Translations under genes and position numbers: made by a program
Notes under the pieces: model-generated
Seen by the model: only the letters and a program-made list of their open reading frames with translations
Databases searched by the model: none
What the model was told of the DNA's origin: nothing
Shown here: piece by piece, positions 22,801 to 32,800 of the stretch
Layout: the number at the start of each line of letters is the position of its first letter
Numbering within the stretch: position 1 is the first letter of the stretch
DNA from: Macrostomum lignano
Lineage: Eukaryota
Length of the DNA stretch: 34,960 nt
Reading direction: 5' to 3'
NCBI GenBank assembly: GCA_002269645.1
Contig: NIVC01001923.1
Span: 1-34,960, forward strand

Positions 22801-25800
22801 AAGTGCGCCAGGGTGCACACAACCCCCTGCCTCTAATAAAAAAATCCTGCGTCTTATGCCTAAAATCACTCGCTGGTTTTAAGAATCAATTTAATCATTC
22901 TGGTACACATTTTGTTACACAAGTCAGAGATGAAATAAATAAAAAAATTGAACCCGTGCAAACAGAAACGCCTAATCTTTCTGCAGAGAGCGCCAACCCC
23001 TGAGTCATAAACGGAGTGCAACACAATAAAGTGAAATCGTCCGTAAAAATTGTTTTTCTACCAACCTAGAATTGCCATCGATGCACTGACCGCCATTCAG
23101 ACAGGCGCCAGCAAAGCAGTCATTAATGTTTGCTGAGCAGTGCCGACCTTGCCAGCCCTGATAGCAACTGCAGGTGTAGTTATTGATTAAATCTTTACAC
23201 AGGCCGTTTATGCACGGATTGGTGGCGCAGTCGTCAATGTTGTTCTCGCAGCGGGTGCCTGCATTTGTGAGGTTGGTTGGTTCGCATTGCCTATGGAAAT
23301 TCATATTTTTATGACTGATTTTATCGCGACTCTGTGAATCAGTGAGCCATTGATTGCTTTAATGAGAACCTTTGATAAACAGGTAAACACTTGAACAGAA
23401 ACTCTCCAAAGAGGTATTGTGAAAAATACTACATGTAACTAAAAATAACTGTGACTGTGAAGTGAATGAAGATTTAAAACAATAAAACACAATAACAGAA
23501 GAGAAAAGGGAGAAAGAAGGAAGAAAAGGTGAGATGATATGGAGAGAGTAAAGGGAGAGAGACAGGTGGAGAGGGAGAGAGAAGAGGGAGAGAGGAAAGG
23601 ATAGAAGAGGGGCGGAAAAGAGGAAGAATGAGAGAAGTGAGAATAGAAGAGGGGGATGAGAGAGTGAGAGAAGAGAGAAAGAAGGATGAGAGGGCAGAGA
23701 GGAGAGAGAGGAGCGAGGAGCGGAGAGTGGGAGGAGTGGATAGGAGAGTTGGAGGGAGAGACAGGAAGGTGAACTCACCTAAAGGACACTACTCAAAGCT
23801 ATGTACAAACAAATACTCCCATGACTCCCAAGAATGTGCTTGCATTACAAGCCAATAACATATATGCAATAAAAATTACAACTTGAAACAGGCAGTTAAA
23901 TAAAATTCAAGCCTCAAGCATCTGTGTTGCCAGCAATAACTGATAATAGTTATGCAATACCACGAATTTGAAAATGCAAGCTCAACTCCAAGAAAGCAAG
24001 CCATTTATAAAATGCAACCCTAATAACTGTAGCTAATGAAGCACAATTAAAAGTCAGACTCAGACACAGGTGCTTAATTGAGCTACACTTTAACCTCTAA
24101 GCTTTTAAGCCCCATTATGCGGTGAAAAAGCCCATTGTATTTAAGTGGAGTTTTGATTAAAAATCTTTACAAATTAGCAAATATAATAAAATGTTCAAAA
24201 CAATTAGTGAATGAATAGAAATTTTTGAACGCCATAAACCAGGCAATAAATGTTTAGTGTGGTTACCTCTCTAGTTAGTAGGTTAAAGATCTGTTAATGT
24301 TTTGCGGCACAAATGAGATGATTTATGACAGTTTAGCTTAAAATTGCAGTTGCTCCCGCAGTATTGGGGGGGGGGCAAGGGGGCAAACGACCCTAGTAAC
24401 GAGAGGGGAGGGGGGTGGGGTGGGCGAGGACTTCCAGTATTGAGGGGGCAAATGACCTCAGTATTAAGAGGGGGGCAAACGACTTCAGTATTGAGTGGGG
24501 GGCAAATGACCCCAGTATTGAGGGGGCAAATGACCCCAGTATTGAGGGGGGCAAATGACCCCAGTATTGAGGGGGGGGCAAATGACCTCAGTATTGAGGG
24601 GGGCAAATGACCTCAGTATTGAGTGGGGGGGGCAAATGACCCCAGTATTGAGGGGGCATATGACCTCAGTATTAAGAGGGGGGCAAATGTATTGAGTGGG
24701 GGCAAATGACCCAGTATTGAGGGGGCATATGACCTGACAAACGACTTCAGTATTGAGTGGGGGGCAAATGACCCCAGTATTGAGGGGGGCAGTATGACCT
24801 CAGTATTGAATGACCCCAGTATTAAGTAGGGGGGAAATGACCTCAAAATGACACCATCATTGAGGGGAGAGCAAATGACTCCATTTTGAGGGGAGATGAG
24901 ACTTGTTGGGGGGAACGCAAATGACCCCAGTATTGGGGGAATGACCCTAGTATAAAGGGGGGGGGCAAATGACCCCAGCATTGAGGAGGGGCAAATGACC
25001 TCATTTTGAAGGGGGGGGGAAATGACTCCATTTTGAGAGGAGCAAATAAATTTATGTAAACATTTAAACCGATTACAGTAATCATTAAATAAATGATTAA
25101 TCCATTAACAAGGATATCCGAATAACACACAAACAAACCGCATCAACTCACCATTGAATCCTGGCAAGCAACTGCAGTTGAAGTAGGGCTCAGTCAGCAC
25201 AGTACCAAGGCATGTACCGTTCAGACAGACGGGAGCAACTTTGGGGTCGATGCCAATCTCGGGCTGTGCCGTGGTACAATAGTCAATAATGACGGTGCAA
25301 GTCTGCCCAGTGTAAGGCAGGCTGCACAGACACATGTCTTTGCCGCTGACGGTGACACAGAGTCCGCCATTTTTGCAGTCGGGGCTGCAAACTGCACGTC
25401 TTTGGCGAGATAGAAGTTCTGAGTTGGAATCTATGGGAAAATTGAAATACATTGTTTAATAACAATTAGATGTGGGGAGTACTGATTCGGACACTTTAGT
25501 ATTATGAAGGACACTATTCTGTTTATTGCAAAATTATTTTTTAAACAAGGCCAAGAAAGCAGAAACTAGACTGTTTTGACCATTAAAATTCTATTCAAAT
25601 TCAATACTATAATCTATACATAACTGGATAAGGGAATTGAACATTTTATATTATACCTGCCGCAATAGGCAGATGTGCAACTGACAGCTCAGCCGAAGCT
25701 ATTGTGTGGCGCATCCAAAGCTGTTCAGTCCAAGGACTGGGGGGTCGCCACACACTTCCTCAATCACTCCAGCTAATGCTGGCACCCATTTTACAGCTGG

Positions 25801-26041
25801 GTGAACTGAATCAATGCAGAGTTAAGTGTCTTGCTCAAGGACACAAATTGTTCCAAGTGGGACGAGAACCTTACAGCTATGAGTCCAACACTTAAGCCAC
25901 TAGGCTACAACCCTTTTTACAATATCTTATAAATATTAAATATTCAAAGAACTTACTATGGAACAGTTCAGCTGTGACAGGCATAATGATAACCAAAATC
26001 AAGGCACACATCAGTATTGTTAAAACACTATGAGAAGCCAT
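13675..26041 (-). CDS. crb: Crumbs, complete gene model, 9 coding exons, 3744 nt / 1247 aa (SP - 9 EGF - LamG - EGF - LamG - 2 EGF - LamG - EGF - TM - 41-aa tail)
   Basis: Exons 26041-25957, 25430-25152, 23258-23066, 22005-21677, 20766-19496, 19212-18656, 18517-18393, 17534-16773, 13817-13675 join with GT-AG sites and compatible phases into one open frame. It contains the Crumbs-type long-loop EGF ([11 protein letters not shown]...[13 protein letters not shown]), CSVRLTGC before LamG1, and the tail [14 protein letters not shown]...PPPEERLI*. Confidence 0.95.
13950..15827. repeat. 21-bp minisatellite, about 90 copies, in crumbs intron 8
   Basis: Unit cagattgataactgattactg with recurring variants. 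Confidence 0.97.
15828..15907 (-). mobile_element. tRNA-derived SINE head (truncated)
   Basis: Minus strand gggttgtagcctagtggttagagcg...ggttcgattc carries A- and B-box-like motifs; related to the SINE at 25685-25913. Confidence 0.7.
16190..16730. repeat. 15-bp minisatellite, about 36 copies, in crumbs intron 8
   Basis: Units gtgtctgtcagtgaa and gtgtctgtcactgga. Confidence 0.95.
16773..17534 (-). CDS. crb: crumbs exon 8: LamG3, EGF, most of the TM helix
   Basis: cattgccag acceptor completes GGFE-C-RAAATF; [12 protein letters not shown]; [17 protein letters not shown]; GTGAGT donor. Confidence 0.9.
17615..18300. repeat. interspersed repeat shared with 20829-21230 (unclassified)
   Basis: Shared blocks aacacaggtaaaa, aagaagtgactcta, acgacgagatgtcacggtac, aatttgaggcgt, gtcactag.gagttgtttg.aatgac. 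Confidence 0.7.
17671..17924. mobile_element. hAT-type MITE, 254 bp, 8-bp TSD CTCTAAAG
   Basis: Left end cagcgatcggaaaact versus reverse-complemented right end caggggtcgacaaact (12/16 match). Identical 8-mer at 17663-17670 and 17925-17932. Confidence 0.8.
18393..18517 (-). CDS. crb: crumbs exon 7: EGF
   Basis: [41 protein letters not shown]; phases 2 and 1 fit both neighbours. Confidence 0.9.
18656..19212 (-). CDS. crb: crumbs exon 6: LamG2 remainder and EGF start
   Basis: ctttcag acceptor; [12 protein letters not shown]...LIIGGFSG...[16 protein letters not shown]; GTGAGG donor. Confidence 0.92.
19496..20766 (-). CDS. crb: crumbs exon 5: 3 EGF, LamG1, EGF, start of LamG2
   Basis: 1271-nt open exon; [10 protein letters not shown] LamG motif; caaag acceptor, GTCAGT donor. 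Confidence 0.92.
20829..21230. repeat. interspersed repeat shared with 17615-18300, lacking the hAT MITE
   Basis: Same blocks in the same order. Confidence 0.7.
21677..22005 (-). CDS. crb: crumbs exon 4: EGF repeats including the Crumbs-type long-loop EGF
   Basis: [15 protein letters not shown]...[37 protein letters not shown]; cttgacag acceptor, GTAAGT donor. Confidence 0.93.
22172..22424. mobile_element. MITE with about 33-bp TIRs (TA-rich ends, possibly Tc1/mariner-type)
   Basis: gatatatactcagcaacattgaaaattcgccat versus reverse complement of atggcgacttttcgatgttgctgagtatatatc (2 mismatches). Confidence 0.75.
22485..22680 (+). mobile_element. tRNA-derived SINE (tRNA-like head about 22485-22556)
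   Basis: ggggccgtagcccagcggtag (A-box-like) ... ggctcgattcc (B-box-like). The acceptor stem is imperfect, so it is not called a tRNA gene. Confidence 0.6.
23066..23258 (-). CDS. crb: crumbs exon 3: Ca-binding-type EGF repeats
   Basis: aaatgcag acceptor gives ...[20 protein letters not shown]...CIDGNS; GTTGGT donor. Confidence 0.9.
23500..23770. repeat. GA-rich polypurine low-complexity tract
   Basis: Almost exclusively A/G on the plus strand. Confidence 0.9.
24360..25040. repeat. degenerate G-run minisatellite (about 22-25-bp unit) in crumbs intron 2
   Basis: Recurring ggggggcaaatgacc(c/t)cagtattga. Confidence 0.9.
25152..25430 (-). CDS. crb: crumbs exon 2: RQRR pro-segment and EGF1-2
   Basis: cccatag acceptor; [24 protein letters not shown]...[10 protein letters not shown]; GTGAGT donor. 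Confidence 0.9.
25685..25913 (-). mobile_element. tRNA-derived SINE with CORE-like central domain
   Basis: Head gggttgtagcctagtggc, then tgtgtccttgagcaagacacttaact...cacccagctgtaaaatgggt, resembling the CORE-SINE motif tgtgaccttgggcaagtcacttaacc as recalled. Confidence 0.7.
25957..26041 (-). CDS. crb: crumbs coding exon 1: signal peptide [28 protein letters not shown]
   Basis: gtcATGG start context, hydrophobic core, donor GTAAGT at 25956; phase 1 matches the next exon. Confidence 0.85.
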
Positions 26042-28930
26042 GACAATAGCTGCTGTCTATTGATAGCTAAAGAGCAGGTCCAATTTAAATTTTTGCAGCA
26101 ATGAAGAAATTAACAAAATGAATTTGCTCAAGTTATCAATTTTAGAATAACTCAAAGATATTATAAAATGCATTAATACTAGGAAGAATATTTATATAAT
26201 AAGATCCAATCATTGATTAGTTAGAGATTAGCATAAGTAAGTACCATGAAAATAGATCTATATAAGCTAGGTTAATTTATTGAAAATCCCTTTTTGGCTA
26301 ATGCATATTGCATGTATATACAAAATATACTAAACTTTACCAAGTTAATGCAGCAGTTTTTTGTAGAAATTTAATATAATTATATAGGCTCTTTTAGAAA
26401 CATGCATATACTCTATTTTGAATGTAATTTAAATATTTCTTATCTGTAGCTTCAACTATTTAATGCTCATCTATTTTGTTTGTGTTTGATCAATTATATC
26501 AATTATTCTCTTTTTGTCTATATTTCTATGTTTTTCTTGTTGAATATTGTATTTATTTAATTTTTATATTTATCTTGCTTAATCTTCTTATAGCTTTTAG
26601 TGCTTTGTTCATTAGTCTTGCATTATATCTACTTTGGCTACTTTGTCATGTAGCCAAATTTGCTAGCTGTTCTGAATTTACAGGAACAGGGCCTAGAAAA
26701 AATCTCATTCTTTGTCCAACTCATTATTTCATAGACAAGGAAAGTCTAGACAAAATGAGGGGACTTCTTAAACTTTAGATATATAGGAAGGTAAAGTTTA
26801 GGTATATAAAATATATCCCTATAAATAATCCTCCAACCCTAAAACCCCCCATTTCCCTGCCCAGTGGTTGGCTTTTAGCTACAAAAATTCAGCTAAAATT
26901 TAAAATCAGCACTATCAAAAACCTCTATGTTTTATAGAGATAAAAATAAGATCCTATCAAAACTATAAAATTTTCTTAACCTAAGCTCTATAGCCAGGAT
27001 GGCTTTTTTCATGGAAAATTCAGGGCAAATTTAGCCTAGCCAAAGCAAAGTGGGGTAAGGCAGGTTAAGCTTTCACTATTTAAGGTAGATTGGGGCAAGG
27101 CAAGGACAAATAGGGCTAGGTTAGGAACAAAGTAGGGTAAGGACAAGGAGCAACAAAGTGGTTGATTGACATGCTAGAATAGCCAAGCCATGTTGCCTAT
27201 TTGTTGGCCAATATTGCAATGTAGATCTAGATAAAAATGAGTTATTGCCCAAATTAGACATTGGGGGAAAAATAAAGACTACTTCAAGCCCAGGGCATTA
27301 GGGTAAATTTATGAGTCTGAATTTTGGAGAATCAGGGCATTGGAGCAGAAAGTTTTTTGGTCTTAAATATATTCTAGGTATGCATTCCATGATACTGACT
27401 ATAGCCTGACTGACAAACCTTAACTAGAAGAAGACAAGTTTTATTTAAATAGAAATAAACTGACACATATTATATTACCACCTAAAATTAGAGATGCACT
27501 TTCCTTCCCAAAGCCAAAGGGAGTGCTAGGGCCTAGGCCTAATGTTAGCGCATAGGCCTACTCTAGAATATATGCGCTAGGCCTAGCTTACCTAGTGTTA
27601 AATTATATAGGTCGTTTTGTCATAAAAAGTAGGTTCGTACATCTTAATCTTACTTTTAAATTTTTTAGATTGCCAAATTCTACTGCAATAACGTGGCAAC
27701 AACCGCAAGACACAATGGCGTCAGTCAATGGAAGCGAAGGTCTGAAGTATACTTGATTCTATAGATGTATATTTATTTGACCGAAAAAAGTTATTACCAA
27801 AAAATCTGAAAGGACGACTACTCTTACGTTACCAGTAACGCTATCACTTATCAGTTACGTTACCTCTGTCACTATCACTTGGGCGTGTGTGTATCGATTA
27901 ATAACAGGAAAAAGTTCGCTGCACGCTGCATGTTAAAAAATTTTCTAGAACGCAAATAGTACAACTGCAGAGATAATAATAAAGCAAAAAGCTTAATTTT
28001 AAGCAAACTTTGTCAGTCAAATGTCAATTAAAATTTGTAAAAAAGAATTTTTAACATCAATGAAAGTATTTTTTGTTTTACGACGTCTGAAACCGTCTTT
28101 GATTTAACGCAAATTCTATCTGTTTGATCTGATCTGGATTAATTGAAATAAAATGATCTATCACCTGATTTCTGATGATAAGGCTTATCCATTACAATTA
28201 GCAAAATAGTTGGCAGACTTCGACACCTAATTGGACTGTTAAATATCCATCATGACTTCTTGACTTAAGATAACATGCAAGAAAATTTCGAAAAGATATG
28301 CGCATTCCATGCATGCATATAATTGATCAAGAAGACGCAATGAATAAAATGTCATGTCAAAGTTCCCTTTGTACAGCAAGTTTAGTTCCCGCTAAAATTC
28401 TGGAAGTCAGCAACTGTAATGCAGTATTTAGATCTTAAATTATCTCGCTCAGTTAAATGAAAAAGCAATATATATTTCGCCTTCATATACATTTACATAT
28501 ACGTCTGCCTTATAGTTTCAATAAATTTTATAGCTTGTACGTATAGACTTCCGCATATACAATTTAAGTACTCAATTTACTCCCTTACAATCCTAATTGA
28601 TGCATGTATGTGTTTTATAGTTGGACAAGCGCACCCAAGCAAGGCAGTACGTCGCCTCGACGTCGCTATGAAGTCGCCATTGGTCGCCATCGTCGCGGGC
28701 AAATATTGGTTGCACTGTTTTAGTCGGGGCGACGTCATTGTAACGTCGTCGCTTCTGTATTGAAAATGTTCAATTTCGTATTTATGGTTTTTTGCAATTA
28801 ATATTTAAAACTATATCTATTTTGGTCTAATGTTTGTAACTTATTTTTAGTTACTTTCCTCATTTGGTTTAATTTTGTTTTTCTATTTTCAATTAGTGCA
28901 GTTATTCAAATTTTGCTTCTTGATAGTTTT

Positions 28931-29190
28931 TGTGTAGAGTGCTGCGCTCTGTGTGTTGGTCTTAGTTCCCGTAGGCTGGGTGGCATTAGCATTATATTAT
29001 CGCCTCAGATTTCCCTTTGGTAAATAGTTGGCATTGCCATACTGCTTCTGACCTACTCACCATTATTCAGACTAGCAATTGAGTTGTTAAATTAATAATA
29101 TGTATATTGGCCTAGGACAAGATCAACACTCAGACTCAGCACGCGCACGCGCATCAGTCCCATGTTCTCGAACTAAATAAACTCGTCACA
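28931..29190 (+). repeat. candidate 5' LTR (about 260 bp)
   Basis: Starts tgtgtagag and ends ctcgtcaca (7/9 inverted match); AATAAA at 29176; followed by the PBS. The 3' LTR is outside the window, so the left boundary is unconfirmed. Confidence 0.5.
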
Positions 29191-29196
29191 TAAATT

Positions 29197-29212
29197 TGGA
29201 GGGTCCCACCGA
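29197..29212 (+). promoter_or_regulatory. primer-binding site, tRNA-Gln-like
   Basis: TGGAGGGTCCCACCGA versus TGGAGGTCCCACCGA, the complement of the metazoan tRNA-Gln(UUG) 3' end as recalled; one extra G. Confidence 0.65.
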
Positions 29213-29831
29213 ATTCGTCGAACTCGCATCAGCTCGGATTCAGCTCGCATACGGCTATATGCCATCAAGTATCTGCAGCAGTGCACAGGTACTCTAAAAC
29301 CAAGTGGCAAGTGTTCCTGCATCCAACAGCGAGAGCGAGACAAACCCCCGCCATCACGTGACCGCGAGTCACCCCTTAGCTGGCCAACCAGAAGCTACCT
29401 GCCCGACTGCCTGCAAGTTTTCGTCCTTTGGGGTTGCGCGCAACGATACCCCTGTCAGAATCAACGCCAGTCAGAGTCAGCCAATCGAGACTGCACTACA
29501 AGTACAAGCGCCAAGAGACCAACTGACCAACAACAAATTGAGCTTAAGCCGGGAGGCCAAGCCAACGCCGGCGGCAACCCAGGACTACACCGAATCACGT
29601 GGCAGTGGCAGGAGACCAGCTAGGTGAGGGAGTTTTCTTAGTATTCAACTCTGCATAGGAACATAGGGCCTGTCTGGCAGAGCCAGTATAATATTTTCTG
29701 GGTTAGTCTAATTTTTCTAGGAATTGTAGTGAGGCTCTTTAACTCTGCCAGACTTCTTTCGTGTTTTTATTATCTGGCCTTTCCTCTCGCCACTCTCTGG
29801 CAAAGCAATATCTGTCATATCTCGTCTCCTA

Positions 29832-32800
29832 ATGTCCTCTTCTAACGAAGAAAGTGATGGGGCCTTGTCGCCCAATGGGGCTGCTGGCCAGGGCCAGCAG
29901 GTTTTACAGTTGCAGACAGAGAGTAGCACATCAACGCCACCTGAAGCTGGTGCCTCAAGCCAACAGGCTGCGCAGGTTGGAGACACAAGTAGGGATGCGA
30001 AACCACCACATGGTATGGCAGAGCAGTCAGACTTAAGTAAGGTCCTCCAGACTCTAACAATGATCCTAGAGAAAACTTGTGACAGAGAGGCTTCCGCAGC
30101 AGCTGAGAAACTTTCAAACTCGAGCCCAAAGCTACGACCACCACCACCCTTTCAACCCCAAATGAATTTCGAACTATGGGAGACACAGTTTCTGACTTAT
30201 GTTGAAGCTCATCATGTCCCAACACTTCAGCAACCAGCTGTCCTATTGTCAATGCTCGCACCTGAGTGCCAAGAATTCATTTTTAACAACTCTCTGCACC
30301 GCGAGTCCATTCAAACTGCACTAAAAAGTCTGAAAGATCGATTCACAGATTCGGGAACAGAACACAAAAGCTACTTAGAGCTTGCGGTTGCCGAACAGTT
30401 AAACTCGGAAACAACACAGGAGTTCTTTGACAGACTAACAAGACTATCAAAGTCTGCTAATCTTAAAAAACCTACCGCCGAACCCTTGGTGCGAGCTCGG
30501 TTTTGCTATGGTCTGAGAGATAAGGGTCTTGCTGAAAGACTGATCCTCCTGGGTCAAGAAAACCCAACATGGTCTGCTGAAGATTTAGCAAAAAAGGCCA
30601 GGGAAATTGCCGGTGTCAAGAAGCTCTTATCTAGTGAAGTAACTCCAGTCATCAGAGCTGCCGCCCCTGACAGAACAGCAGAATTAGAAGCCCGAATCCG
30701 CGAGCTTGAAAAACTAGTTCAACAGAATCAGACCACTCAGTCTTCAGATCATAATTCAAAAGATTTTCAGAACTTTCCTTCACAAGTGCCGCCTGTCAAT
30801 CTGGGGCAATCTGGCCAGTACAAGAACAGTAGTCGTTGGTCTAAATCCCCTAAGCGATGCAATCGGTGCAGCGACCATGACCATTTAACTGCGGACTGCC
30901 CGAAACCACCGCCCTCCAATGGGGTAGGGGCAGGTGGAAGACCAACTGGTATGGCCCCAATGATGGAAATAGGAACCATAACGGTTTGGAAAGGTGGATT
31001 TGGCTTTATCCAGCCAAGTCAGATGCCAGACTCCCTCTTTTGCCATTATTCCAGCCTTGACAACGAGTTAAAACAGGTTGCAAACAGCCATCAGTTAGTA
31101 GGCACAACTGTGCAATTCTTACGCCGAGCAGATCCTGGTCACAAACATGATAGAGCAGTAGGGGTCTGTCGCTACCAAATGCCTGTCCGATGTGACCAAT
31201 CCTGGGCGGCCGATACTCCAGTCGAGTCTAGTATGTTTGTGCAGTTGGGAATTGGAGACAACAAGGTCATCGCTTGCCTTGATTCAGGTTGCAATGCAAG
31301 CGTCATGGGCACCAAAGTCAGAGACCAACTGATTGCAAACGATCCAATCAACAATACATTTATTCCTGCTAGAAAATACCAAGCTGCAACAGCATTTAAT
31401 GGTACCTCGACACAGATTCTAGGCACCCTACACTGTGAAGTCAAGCTGGGCAAAATATCACAGACTCACGTGTTCCTAGTCACAGAAGGTCAAGTTACAG
31501 ACGTCCTCTTAGGAATAGACTTTATGAGAGGTTTTAACGTGAACCTGCTTGTTGCAGATGGTCAGGTAACTGTAGCGGGCGAAGTGGTACCTGTGATTGA
31601 AGGCGATCGGGGAGTCTTTCAAGCTCGCAGAGTCACTGCAGCTTGCAACGTGCAGTTACCCCCCAGATCAGAGACCATGGTGCCAAGCCGAGTCATTGGT
31701 GCAGATCCTGGCTCTCCTGGATTCCTGGGCACCAAGCTCTTTTGTTCTGACTCGGAATTCTTTGTGGCTCATTCTGTGGATAGTGTGAGCAGCACTGGTC
31801 ATGTCCTGGTACGCCTATTGAATAGTGGCAACCAGCCGTCCGAAATTGCTGCGGGACAGGAGATCGCCTCCTTTCAAAGCTTAAGAGTTGGTGAGACCAT
31901 CTCGCACACTGCTCTCACCGAGAAGGACTTCTCAGTTAGCAGTTCCAAAGATCTGGGAACCAAGCTTGCTAAACTTCCTGACCCTGATCTTGGCACAGCA
32001 TCTTGGCTAAAGAAGCAGTTCAAACTAGAAGAGTCCACCCTGTCAGAAACCCAGTTGACAATAACATTAAAACTGTTAAACTATTTCCTCAGTGCGATAT
32101 CTAAAAGTGACACGGATTTAGGGAAAACACACCTTCACGAGATGGCTATTGAGCTCAACGAACCAACCTGCCGACCCATCTCGCAACCCTCAAGACGCAC
32201 AACACCAGCGCAAAAAGAATTTTTAGATCGGCACATAAACCAGCTAATTGAACAAGGAGTGATCGAAGAAAGCAACTCAGAATGGGCTTCTCCCATAGTC
32301 TTAGTTAGGAAAAAAGACGGCTCGCAGCGCCTTTGCATTGATTACCGTAGTGTCAACAAAGTCATAAAACCGTGCACCTTTCCGCTGCCTCTAATAGAGG
32401 AGTCCTTTGATAGCTTAGCGGGGTCAAAGGTATTCTCAAGTTTAGATCTTACATCTGCCTACTGGCAGGTAGGTATCCGAGAACAGGACCGTGATCTCAC
32501 GGCCTTCACATGTCCCCAGGGGACCTATCGCTGGAAAGTTGTCCCATTCGGGATAAAAACAGCCCCAGCGAACTTTGCCAAGTTGATGCACAAAGTTTTC
32601 CGACCTTTATTAATGCGCGTCAGCCTCATCTACTTGGACGACATCATTATAAAAGCCAGAGACAATGACGAAATGATCGTCCACCTGGCCCTTGTCCTTT
32701 GGCAACTTAAAAAGGCCAATCTAAAAATCAAGCCATCGAAATGTGAACTTTTTAAGGATCGAGTTCGTTTCTTAGGATTCGTCGTCTCCTCCCAGGGCAT

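Noticed and set aside
23259-23304. Upstream acceptor (ccatag at 23292-23291) for crumbs exon 3
   Set aside because: Its phase is incompatible with exon 2. The acceptor at 23260-23259 restores the frame and correct EGF cysteine spacing.
26476-26778. Hydrophobic 100-aa ORF
   Set aside because: T-rich low-complexity non-coding sequence with a non-ATG start.
27716-27757. Plus-strand ATG GCG TCA... (MASVNGSEGLKYT*) as a divergent gene start
   Set aside because: Only 13 codons, no convincing donor or downstream exon; it overlaps the likely crumbs 5' UTR exon.
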